From positions 11,904,001 to 11,968,000 of the forward strand of contig JBHGNT010000006.1 of assembly GCA_043228905.1 (NCBI GenBank): a DNA stretch of 64,000 nt. Direction: 5' to 3'. The translations under genes and the position numbers were made by a program. The notes under the pieces were generated by a model. The model was not told the origin of the DNA, made no database searches, and saw nothing but the letters and a program-made list of their open reading frames with translations. Source of the stretch: Azolla caroliniana (taxonomy: Eukaryota; Plantae; Polypodiophyta). This document shows, one piece after another, positions 49,141 to 60,499 of this stretch; position 1 is the first letter of the stretch; the number at the start of each line of letters is the position of its first letter.

Positions 49141-50535
49141 AATGCCTTAGAAGCGTCGAGATAGAAAATTTGCATTGTCTAGAGCAATACATGATCATGA
49201 AATGAAGTCATGTGTTGAAAAACAATTGGCACATTTGTGAGATCAAAAGGCCCTTATCGAGTGTGAAATATAGTCTTAAACTCATCATCCAAATAAATGT
49301 AACAAGATGGTAAGCACCTCAAAGGTCTAGCTTACTTAAGTATTTAGCACCACTACTCCAAAAGATATGTTAAAAACTGGGGATACATTTCCACTATAAG
49401 AAATATGTCTTTATGTTTTTAATGGATCATGAAAAATGCAATATACATCTAAAGATAGACACTTATATAGGCACAAGGTGGGAGTTGGAATCCTTAATGC
49501 ATATTTTGGTTGGAACTTGTCAAGCCTTTGGACATTGGAGCCCACATATTGATTTAAAGTTGTTTTTCTACCTCTCTTTGTTTGGGTTAGGGAAGTTCAA
49601 TGTGATACTTTTGGATTAGGATTGCACAGTTCAAGTTGATACGGAAATATGCCTCAGTGTTAAAAGATTGGGTCGAGCACATGTATGTTTACACAAGGTG
49701 ATGGCATTAAAGATTGGCGAGAACAAGTATGTTTACATGAGGTGATGGCATCACACGGGAACTCAAAAGTGTAGTAATAGTTAGGAGAACAAGGTGTAGT
49801 TCCCAAGTCATAGTGGTATAAAAACCATGGATATTATTGATCGAATCTATGTTGTTTGGAAGCTTCATGTGTGTGTGTGTGTGTTGTTCATGCAAAGTGA
49901 TGGGTTTTTTTTTTTAACTTTTGCTTTTTGCTTTTTGCATTTTGGAGGTGGCTAAAAATTTTGATTTTGCTTTTGGAGGTGGCTAAAATGGCCGCAAAAT
50001 CTCTAATTAAAGAAGGGAAGTAAAGCTATATTTGGCGCCCTTGCCATGCTTTTTGTAGCCACTGGTCCAAAATTTGGCCTCAATAATGATGCATATTTTG
50101 GGTTAATCACCTGCTTCGAACGAAGCCCATGCAAAGCTTTGGGAATTAGAGAGAGAGAGAGATGGCGGTAAGGGTTCAGTGAGCTGCATGCATGTAGCTT
50201 CTTCCATCACATACATACATACATACAACAGGGATGGACATGCAGAGAGCTTGCAATCAGTAGAGATGAGATCCAGTGGAGGTATGTATGTGTTTGCATA
50301 TATGAGTAATTACTCTAATTTAAACGTGGATTACTGATTGTTAATAATTATATTATGATGCTGCCGCTGCTGGTTCTGAGACGCGTTTTCTGTTAATATG
50401 ATGATGATGATGATGATGATGATTGAATGAATGATATTTAAAATTGATGGCTATGGCGATGGTGATGATAAAGAGATTGGATCTGAATTGGAGTGAGAAA
50501 GACGAGCAAGAAGAGACGGCTGAGTGGAAGGAGGT

Positions 50536-51101
50536 ATGTCCGCCTTCTTGATCTTGCTCTTCTTCTTCTTCTTCTTCTACGGCCTGTTGATGATCCGCCT
50601 CGTGTCTCCATCGCCATCTCTGCCACGGTCACTTAATGGATCCCAGACACCGCTTAATATAACTGCTGCTGCTGCTAATAGTAGCAGGGTTAGGGTTAGG
50701 GTTAGGGTTAGGGTTATGCCAGCAGCAGCAGCAGCAGCAGCAGAATCAGGTGTGCTAGTAGTAGTACCTTCCCCTGCTCCTGCGGCAGCAGCAGCATCTG
50801 CGATATTGGTGGGCGATAACAATGATCCCTCAGCCTCTGTTCCTCCATCCACCTCACCTCCTCCTCCTCCTCCTCCTCCTCCTCCTGTTCCTCCTCCTCC
50901 TCCTGTAGACTTAGTACCTCTGCCTTCCTCTGCCCCACCTCCCCTGCCCTTGACTCATACCTCCTCCTCCTCCTCCTCATCCATGTCTTCTCCTCCCTCT
51001 TCCCCTTCCCCTTCCCCTGCCCCTGCCCCTGCCCCTGTCTCTGCTTCTGCTTCTGCTGAATCTGCCTCTGCCTCTGCCGCTGCCCCATCCCCTTCCCCTG
51101 T

Positions 51102-51133
<32 letters not shown>

Positions 51134-54100
51134 TTGCTCTTGCTCTTGCTCCTGCCCCTAGTAGTAGTGGTGGTGGTAGTAGTAATAGTAGTAGTGGTGG
51201 CGGTGGTGAACCCTCCCTCATAAACAGTAGCACCTCTAACCATAATCAGCCAATTTCTCCTTCTCCCTCTGTTGAAGTAGTTTCCCTGGCTCCATCACCA
51301 TCACCATCTCCCTCACCATCTCCATCTCCATCTCCATCTCCATCTCCTACTACTAATTCACCTCCAGTCTCCTCAACTTCTTCACCCCCCCCTCTGCCAA
51401 TAACAGCATCCCCTGTTCTTCCCTTGCCCATCCCCCCACCGCCACCTTTTTTGTCTCCTTTACCTCCAAATCCACCCCCACCCCCATCCCCCAGCCTACC
51501 TCCGCCTCCACCTCCACCTCCACCTCGAAACCCACCTCTAAATCCACCTCCAATTGCAGTAGCCCCACTTCCATCATCAAAATCGCCTCGGACAAATCCC
51601 CCTCCAGGCTTGCTACTAGCGCCACAGTTACCTAATCCACCCCCTTCACCATCCCCATTACCGTCACGACCAAACCCACCTTCTACATCTGGTCGCCATT
51701 CACCTCTAACTATAAAGTCGCCTCCCTCTCGTTCAGCCCAGTCTCCAGTTATCACATCACCTCCTCCTCCTCCTCCTCTTGGCACCACCTTGGCTTCATC
51801 ACGCAATTCCTCGTCATTGATCTCCACCGCTGGGGCTATAGCCATCATCTCGGCTGGCTCCCTCCTCGCATGCATCATATCAATGATCGCCTGCATGTTT
51901 TTGTACCACAGGAGGAAGAGATTGAGGTTCCAGGAGTCTTTGTCCTGTGCCAGGAAAAAAGGTACTCTGTTCAATATTAATGGCTTTACTCTCGGAGTTT
52001 GAGGCTTTAGGGCCTTGTATTCAAAACTTCTTAGGTTTCCGTGCTTTGCACCTAGAGGTTTAAGGTTATGGGTTAAGAAGTGAGGGTTTGGAAAGCTAAT
52101 TATCATTGGGGTTTAGGGTTTCGATTGGAATCTTAATCACCATTATTCTGACTGCATGGAGATGCTCTCTTATCATGATTCAGATGTTATACTGACCGTT
52201 GAACCTCAAGCACTTATACCGAATTCATCATCTGGCCCCTCATATAATGCAAAGCAAAATCGAAAGCATCATGGTTCTCCACCACCAGCAGCAGCAGCAA
52301 CTCAATCACATCATAAAGCTTCCTCCAATAACTTGACCATGTTCACATATGAGGAGCTTGCCCGAGCTAGCAATGGCTTCTCGGTCTCAAACCTTGTAGG
52401 AGAAGGTGGTTTTGGATGTGTCTTTAAAGGTAGTCTTTCAGATGGAAAGGCTGTAGCAATTAAGCAGCTAAGACTTGGAGGAGGTCAAGGAGAGAAAGAG
52501 TTCCGAGCTGAGGTAGAAACCATTAGCAGAGTTCATCACCGACATCTCGTCTCACTTGTAGGCTATTGTATTGCTGGTGCTCACCGCATTCTTGTCTATG
52601 AATATGTACCAAATGGAACATTGGATCAACATCTACACCGTATGTAATTCGTACATTTCCAGAATGTTCTAGACCATCTGAGAAACATGTTTGGAATATA
52701 CTCTATTCCACACTTAGGTTTTCTTGCTTGGTTCATTATGATATGTAAATCTCATTTTGATATTCAGGGAAAAGAGGTGGACCTGTGATGGATTGGAATA
52801 TTAGGTTGAAAATAGGGATAGGATCTGCCCGTGGCCTCGCATATCTTCACGAAGATTGTAAGGACACATGTAATTGATGTTTTCAGTATATCTGGATGGT
52901 ATGTATATTGACCACACTTTTTATTAATATTCAGGTCATCCCCGAATCATTCATCGCGATATCAAGTCTTCGAACATTTTATTGGACAGCAATTTTGAGG
53001 CCCTGGTAAGTAAGACATAAAACTCTGAAGACCTTAATTGGAAAGAAAATATTAATAAATACTAGTCTACAATTAAATGTCTACATACCTGATTAGGTCT
53101 CTGATTTTGGACTAGCAAAAATGGCTTCTGATGCATTTACACATGTGACAACACGCGTTATGGGAACATTTGGGTAATTTTGTATACATTCATGATTGTT
53201 TTGTGGTTAGGGCTTGCTGCATTTCTGAGATACTGTTCACCTCAGGTATTTGGCTCCTGAATATGCATCAAGTGGAAAGCTGACAGTAAAATCTGATGTG
53301 TATTCATTTGGAGTGGTTCTACTTGAGCTTATAACCGGAAGGAAACCAGTGGATCTATCACAGCCATTTGGTGAAGAGAGTGTGGTGGAATGGGTATGAT
53401 GAAGAGTGTAGACCATGTGATCTTATTTGTTTGTTAAAAGGACGAACTAAAGTGAATGTTAAACTATAAGCAGGCTCGACCCCGACTAATCCAGATATCT
53501 TCAGAAGAAGACTTACATCTATTAGCAGATCCTTTGTTGGAAGACAAATTCAATCCAAATGAAATGCTACGGATGGTTCGGGTAGCCGCTGGATGCATTT
53601 GTCGGTGCTCAAAAATGCGGCCACGGATGGGACAGGTTTGCCATTCAGCATCCACAATAATAGTGTAATCATTGTCATCTGATATGAACATTCATTATCA
53701 TGACATTGTGTGCCATCATAGCTCAAAAAGTTTGTGTTGTTTTCTTCAGCATTATGTTGGGCATCATATGTGAATGATTTTATGTGCTTTTTTCATGAGT
53801 GTATGACCTTTGCATCTGGACATGCGCTGGCATTATGTTTGGCATTATATATGCATTGTTTTCATGAGTACATATCCAGTTTCCGATGGATAGGTGGTTA
53901 GGGCTTTGGAGGATGATGGGTTCGACATGGATTTCTATCGAGGTATAAATCCAGGTTCTGGCAGATTGTATGATTCATCAAGCAATGATCCAGAGAATGC
54001 ATCGATATTATCCATGGGAACATTGATGAAGCAAAAAGCCGCGTTCAACAGCAGCGAGCGTGAACTAAGCAGCGCATACAATAGTGGTGAAACAAGTGAA

Positions 54101-54187
54101 TATGGATTGAATCCTTCTCCATCTAGTAGTGATTGTCCTGCCAGTACAGAGCTTAGACAACAGACGGATGTAACACCACCTAATTAA
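50536..54187 (+). CDS. PERK-family proline-rich extensin-like receptor kinase; exons 50536-51961, 52184-52639, 52768-52857, 52935-53005, 53097-53173, 53246-53393, 53474-53635, 53894-54187
   Basis: Pro/Ser-rich ectodomain, TM helix ([29 protein letters not shown]), and kinase motifs [77 protein letters not shown] introns are in phase. The start codon is inferred. Confidence 0.93.
50686..50715 (+). repeat. (AGGGTT)5 telomere-like hexamer inside PERK exon 1
   Basis: Directly visible; encodes [10 protein letters not shown]. Confidence 0.85.
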
Positions 54188-55278
54188 TGCTTTGCATCAT
54201 AAGAAAACAAGCACACCCCTATACATCACACATGTACATGCATTGAGAGAGACTCTGGACTCCCATGAGTCATGTAAATGATTCAAATAACATTTTGTAC
54301 CTGTTTCAATGTCTAATGGAAAATTCTTTGCCTGTCTGAGAACAGATTGCGTTTTTGCTTGTTCTTTAGCTTATGAAAGAAAACATTCCGTCTCCATATT
54401 GTCTTCAAATACAAACAGAAACATATGAACAACCCTGTCACTCTCGTATTCTGTGTTCATCCCTACTATGATAATAATCAGAGGCTCCTGCAATTAAAAA
54501 TGAATGATGACTTCATCTAAAGCAAGCCGGATATTAATTGTTCTGCCAAATGAAAAACTCTTGTTTTTCAATCTGAGAACAGAGTATGCTGCTTGTTCTT
54601 TAGCCTATGCAAGAAACCCTTTACCATCATCAAATTGTATATCCTTGCAATAAACCTGTGGCGTCAAAAGACAAACGAAAACATATGATCCACTGTGGCG
54701 CTCTTTGCATTCTGTGTTCATGCTACTACTGAGCACTCCAAGAGACTGGGAATCTCTTGGTAGCAAAACTCATGACTGTTCATACATAAATTTCTTATAT
54801 CACCAGCACTATGATAATAACCAGAGGCTCCTGCAATGAAAAATGAATGATGACTTCATCTAAAGCCAGCAGAATTTTAATGGTTATGCCTGATGTCTAG
54901 AAGATCCTAACCTCATTTCATCTTCGGCTTTCTGTGGAGTTCTAAATCTCCTTTTGACTCCATACCTTAAGTAAATAGGGATTAAGCTATTACAGAGAAT
55001 ATGGAATTTAGAGGCTTTCTTCGTTCTTTAGTCCTAATCTTTGACAGTAGATTCGAGTCCAAAGATATTGAACATACATACATAAGCTGTTACATGGTTT
55101 TCATTCAAGCAAGCAAAGTGTTTGAAGTCATGTCTTGCAAGCTTCACTAAACCCCATCTCCTGCAACTGTGCATATGGTAAAGGGATTCTCTCAATCAAT
55201 ATAACCTCATTATACCTAGTACAATTAGCGGTCAAGTTATTACAGAGCAATATGGAATTTGGAAGCTGTCTTGCTTCT

Positions 55279-58200
55279 TTAATTCTCATCTTCCAGGGCA
55301 GATTCTGCACAGATATTGAGCATACATACATAAGCTGTTGTATAGTTTTCATTCAAACAAACAATATGTTTGAAGGCATATCTTGCAAGTTTCACTACAC
55401 CCCATCTCCTGCAACCAGCCAATAGGGTATGCCACACTACTGTACTAGGATGAAAAGGCATCCTTTCAATCAATATAACCAAGTCATCTATACGGCCTGC
55501 GCGACCCAATAAATCTATAAAACAAGAGTAATGCTCTGGTCCTGGCCCTAAACCAGAATAAGCTTCCATGGCATTGAATAATGAATAGCCCTCATCCACT
55601 AGACCTAGATGACTACATGCTTTGAGTATCGTAACAAATGTAATAAGATCAGGTGATTCACATCTCACTATCTTATCAAACACAGAATATACATTTTTAC
55701 TGTCTCCAAGCTCTGCATACCCTGCAAGTAATGCATTCCATGAGGCTAAAGTTTGAACAGGTAGTTTTTCAAATACATTTTGTGCTTCTAGAAGTGAGCC
55801 ATATGCTACATACATGTCAATGATCATGTTACCCATTAGATATCCTGCCTCTAATCCTCTTATGACTATCTCCTGGTATATTTCATGACCTTGTTCTGCA
55901 GATCCAATGCTACTACATGTTTTAATGATGCAAGCAAATGAGATGACATCCGGCAAAATACCATTTTGTTGCATTCCTTGTAAACAATCAGCTGCCTCTT
56001 TAGTAAATCCATGTTCAACATACCCAGAAATCAGAGAATTCCATGAGACCACATCCTGTAGAGGAATCATGTCGAACACTTGTTGTGCTTCCATAAGAAA
56101 AGCATGTTTAGCATATATGTCAATCAAGGTATTCCCCAAGAGGGTTTCTCTTTCCAATCCCATTTTAATAATAATAGCATGAATAGCTTTACTTTTGTCC
56201 ATGTTTCTTATGCTTCCGCAAGCTTTCAAACAGCACATAATTGTTACAGAATCTGAGGGGATGCCCTCTCTTTGCATTTCTTCAAAAGCCTCCAGAGCTT
56301 CCTCACCGAATCCATTCTCAGTATATCCTACAATCAGTGCATTCCACAAAACCACATCCTGATCCAGAATATTGTTGAAAACATCTTGTGCTTCAACAAG
56401 ATGATGACATTTGAAATACATATCAACCAAGGCACTACCAACAAGAATATCCCTTTCTAGTCCTTTTCTGGATACCTCAATATGCAATTCTTGGCCCCAG
56501 ATACAGGACCTCATGCCTGCACAAGCCTTCAAGATGCAAACATATGTCACAGAATTTAAGCACAGTTCTTTCACTTGCATCTCTTGGAAGCAGTGGAGAG
56601 CTTCCTCGACATATCCATGGTCAGTTAAACCAGCAATCAACGTAGTCCAAGCAATAACAGTTTGAGTTGGAAGCTTATCCAATATGGCTCTTGCTTCTAG
56701 AAACATGCCACATTTGGCATACATGTCAATTAAGACATTGCTTATCATGACCTCTCTTTCCAAGCTTTTCATGGTGATCTCAATGTACACTGCTGGAATC
56801 TCTTTCCTGGCACAAGTTTTCAGCTTACAAGAAAATGTGATGGCGTCCAGTGATATACCATGGTTTTGCATTATAGTGCAACAGTTAAATGCTTCTGTGA
56901 AGTAGCTATGTTCCATGTAGCTTACAATCAGGGCATTCCAAGCGACTGTTGTTGGACATTCATGATCATCAAACACATTTTTGGCATCCTGGAGAGACCC
57001 ACATTTACCATACATATCAATTAAACTACTGATGACAGAAGTTTCTCTTTCCATCCCTTTCTTTACCACATAGCTATGTATTTCTTTTCCTTTGGTGAGT
57101 GCTTGGATGCTACTACAAGCTTTTAAGCCACAGATATATGCCACATCATTCAGATTGACACCATCATGGAGGGCACAATCGAAACAGGCAACTGTGTCCT
57201 TACTATTTCCACATTCTAAATATCCCGTTAGAAGAGTTGTCCACGAGATCACATCTCTAACCAAAATCCTGTCAAACACATTTTCTGCCGCATCCATCAC
57301 ACCACATTTAACATACATATCAATCAATACGTTATCAACTATAACATTTTTTTCTAGTCCCTTTTTTAAGGCGTCACTATGTATTTCTTCCCCCTTCTTT
57401 CTCAATCCACTGATGCTGCATGCTTTCAAGGCAGATACAAATGTCCCGATGCTCAGAAAAATTCCACGTTTCTCCATCTCTTCAAAGCAAACCAGAGACT
57501 CATTACCAAAGCCAAAATCACAGTATCCAGCTATGAGTGCATTCCACGAGACTTCATTCTGAACCAACAGCTTGTCAAAGACATTGCGCGCATCACCTAG
57601 ATCACCACATTTTGCATACATATTAACAAGGGCACTTCCAAGAAATAGGTTACCTTCTAGGCAACCATTCTTGATGATTTGGGCATGCATTTCATGGCCT
57701 TTAATTGAGGATTCAATACTCGCACATGCTTTCAAGAAACAAACGACTGTGAAAGAGTTTGGAGAAATGCCTTCGAAATACATTTCTTCAGAACATTTAA
57801 GGGCTCGTTCAAACTGCAAATCTTCGACATATCCTGAAATCAACAATGTCCATGAGACCACATCGCGACCCAAGAGACTGTCGTGCAATTCCTGAGCTTT
57901 AGCAAGATAGCCACATTTGGCATACATTTCCACTAAGTGTCTGCCAATGAGAGGATGGCCGGCATCAAAGCATCTTTTATTATTATTGATCTCACTATGA
58001 ATTATCCTACCCATCTCTATATCTTCCATAATTGAACAAGCCTTGAGTAACGCTACAAAAGCATATAAACTAATACTCAAATAGGCTTCTTCTTCTTCTT
58101 TCATTTTATGATACAAACACAATGCATGATGTGGGTCCCCTGCTTTGACATAGCCAATGATAAGAGCATTCCATGAAGACTCATCTCTGAGTACTAACTT

Positions 58201-58392
58201 GTCAAAAACCCGCTGTGCATGATGATAGGTAGTTTCAAGCTCAACAAAGAGACAAACCATGTGGTTTGAAAGGATATTGTTAGCTTCTATACCATATACA
58301 CACATCTGATTATATAATTTCAGAGCTTCTTGCAAAGGAGCCTTCTCCGTCCTGAGCTTCTGAAGGGTGGAAGCAAAGCCCTCCATAGACAT
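55279..58392 (-). CDS. PLS-class pentatricopeptide repeat protein with E domain (putative organellar RNA-editing factor), intronless, no DYW
   Basis: 1037-aa ORF with repeated P-L-S triplets (LVNMYAKCG / DVVSWN.LI.GY / TFV..LKAC) ending HYSCFIDLLGRAG...MPFHP...WHTLLAGCR. Confidence 0.95.
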   Translation of the reverse strand: MSMEGFASTLQKLRTEKAPLQEALKLYNQMCVYGIEANNILSNHMVCLFVELETTYHHAQRVFDKLVLRDESSWNALIIGYVKAGDPHHALCLYHKMKEEEEAYLSISLYAFVALLKACSIMEDIEMGRIIHSEINNNKRCFDAGHPLIGRHLVEMYAKCGYLAKAQELHDSLLGRDVVSWTLLISGYVEDLQFERALKCSEEMYFEGISPNSFTVVCFLKACASIESSIKGHEMHAQIIKNGCLEGNLFLGSALVNMYAKCGDLGDARNVFDKLLVQNEVSWNALIAGYCDFGFGNESLVCFEEMEKRGIFLSIGTFVSALKACSISGLRKKGEEIHSDALKKGLEKNVIVDNVLIDMYVKCGVMDAAENVFDRILVRDVISWTTLLTGYLECGNSKDTVACFDCALHDGVNLNDVAYICGLKACSSIQALTKGKEIHSYVVKKGMERETSVISSLIDMYGKCGSLQDAKNVFDDHECPTTVAWNALIVSYMEHSYFTEAFNCCTIMQNHGISLDAITFSCKLKTCARKEIPAVYIEITMKSLEREVMISNVLIDMYAKCGMFLEARAILDKLPTQTVIAWTTLIAGLTDHGYVEEALHCFQEMQVKELCLNSVTYVCILKACAGMRSCIWGQELHIEVSRKGLERDILVGSALVDMYFKCHHLVEAQDVFNNILDQDVVLWNALIVGYTENGFGEEALEAFEEMQREGIPSDSVTIMCCLKACGSIRNMDKSKAIHAIIIKMGLERETLLGNTLIDIYAKHAFLMEAQQVFDMIPLQDVVSWNSLISGYVEHGFTKEAADCLQGMQQNGILPDVISFACIIKTCSSIGSAEQGHEIYQEIVIRGLEAGYLMGNMIIDMYVAYGSLLEAQNVFEKLPVQTLASWNALLAGYAELGDSKNVYSVFDKIVRCESPDLITFVTILKACSHLGLVDEGYSLFNAMEAYSGLGPGPEHYSCFIDLLGRAGRIDDLVILIERMPFHPSTVVWHTLLAGCRRWGVVKLARYAFKHIVCLNENYTTAYVCMLNICAESALEDEN

Positions 58393-60499
58393 CTTCGAGA
58401 GTCCAGAGAAAACCAGACATTTACTCTATTTTTCTGCATTTGGTAGTATAACATATTCTTACGGCTTCTTACGATCTGAAAGTACATAAAGCTTAATAAG
58501 AGCTAAGCCATGCTAGTCTTCCTCTTTAAAGCTCATTGAGCTTGATATTCTGTTATGTATTCGATTGGATCTGATCTAAGTCTGTGCTTAAGCTTCTAGC
58601 TAATTGGTTCCTAACTTGTTTTATGTACTGGCATGTATCTCAGGTTTTTTGCTAGCTTAGCTTGCACTGGGGCTGATGCACCAATGCGATTGGATTTGTT
58701 ATGGGGTAGCTTCTGTCTAGACAGAATTGAACATGTTCCACGTAGGTTCTCACAATTACCAGTAATCTGTCCTCGTGTTTTAAATTGGTAACAAATTTTA
58801 CCTTATTAAAGTTTTACGTTTGATCTTTATTTTGAACCACTAACTTCCAGCTAATTTGGGTTTCTCACTAATATATTCTGATGTGTTATCCATTGATCGA
58901 ATAAACATATGCCATTAATATGTGTGAAGCGATGCATATGAGAGGAAGGTGCAGTTCTGGCCTTTCAATATTTATTTGCTGATGGGACTGGAACGACGGT
59001 AAATTATGCATAGCGGGATGAATGAAGGATAGTAGAGCTATTGCAATGCTTTTATATCACAGAATCTCAAATGATGGTGTTGAATAATTTCTCTACCAAA
59101 TATCAATCAAAATCAACTAAGGTGACGGTATATGAATGTTAAACGAGTTTCCGGTTTGGTTTAAATGATTATTGATCGAGCACGATATCCCACACGATTT
59201 GACAAACTTGTGTTCTAGCTTAAACACCTATTGATATCACCTTGTTTCAACATATGAGAAATGAAATTTGCAAATGAATCAGTCACTATACATGGTGGCT
59301 CCATGCATTCAAATTTCATTTGTTGGTACTCATATTTTACCAAATCAACCAAAGAATTTCAGTTCTGAACAAGAAGAAAACTATCACGTTGACACAATGG
59401 GCAGAAATGTGAATTTTGAAACAAGACCTTCATTGCCCCATAACTTTTTTAGCCACTTTAAGAGAATGTTAAAAAAGATACATTGTTCATTGCAGATCAC
59501 AAGGCACAAATCATTATGTGATCCAATTGCAAGTTTACAAAATTAATATATAATGAATCTTGATACTAGATTCATCTAAGCTGCTCTTGAAGTTAAGACA
59601 CACAGTACCTATGTGTCTATAAAGTACTTGGTAAACATATCAATAGAGTCATATTGTAGATTCTTGAGCTTAAAATTGTGGTGCGTAGATAAATATGAAC
59701 CATACTATTCAACTCAGATGAACTAGTAGACCATAACACTATTAGGTCTACTAATTCAAGATGCAATAGACAGATACAAACAGGTTGTTGCAACAAATAG
59801 GTATTTTAAATCAATTGTTGGCATTTATCAAACACAGCGAATATTTGCTCAAATTGGAGTTCTAACTCAAAAAGAGCTAGGCCAAATGTTTTCACATTCT
59901 ACAATCATTCCCTCCTCAGGGCTGCTAAGCCACTTCCATTTATTTGTACATCACAAGATTGGCCACCTTGCCTTACCAATTTGATCATCTGACATAAAAT
60001 AGGAGAGTTAGCATTTAGGGTGAAAGCATGGGAGTGGGAACAATTAGTTGTGTCCTTGACATAGCTAATTAGCTATGCAAAAAGCTACCAGTGATTTAAA
60101 GTCTTTTTGCACCATGAATGGAAACATTAGAATGTTTTAATTATATAAATGAGCACCATAAATGTGCAACATAAACGTACATCATAATTGTAAACATTAT
60201 AATGTTTTTATTTTTAAAATGAGCACCATAAATGGAAACATTAATTATATACCAAATTCTTAGGTTCATTATGCATGATCCATTGCCACATCACGTTGGC
60301 CATCACTTTGTGACTATTTAGGCTCGATTGTTGCCACTGTTCGCTCCGATTGATTCACTTCTCCATTGCCGCCATTGTATGCTCAGTTGTCGCCACTATT
60401 CGAAGCTCGATTGCTGCCATGTTCGGTCCTGGATTGTTGCCGCTGTTTGGTCTAACTGAGTTAGATCCTCCATTGCAACCATTGTACGCTCAGTTGTTG

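Noticed and set aside
50577-52106. Gly-rich and Arg/Ser-rich ORFs on the minus strand
   Set aside because: These are antisense shadows of the Pro/Ser-rich PERK exon.
52657-52674. HSE-like TTCcaGAAtgTTC in PERK intron 2
   Set aside because: It has only three units, has no promoter context and could arise by chance.
54504-54576. Possible C/D box snoRNA (ATGATGA...CTGA)
   Set aside because: There is no convincing terminal stem or recognisable rRNA guide, and the box spacing differs in the duplicate copy.
58400-60300. Short ORFs upstream of the PPR gene
   Set aside because: The region is AT-rich, with no recognisable protein motifs or consistent exon structure.
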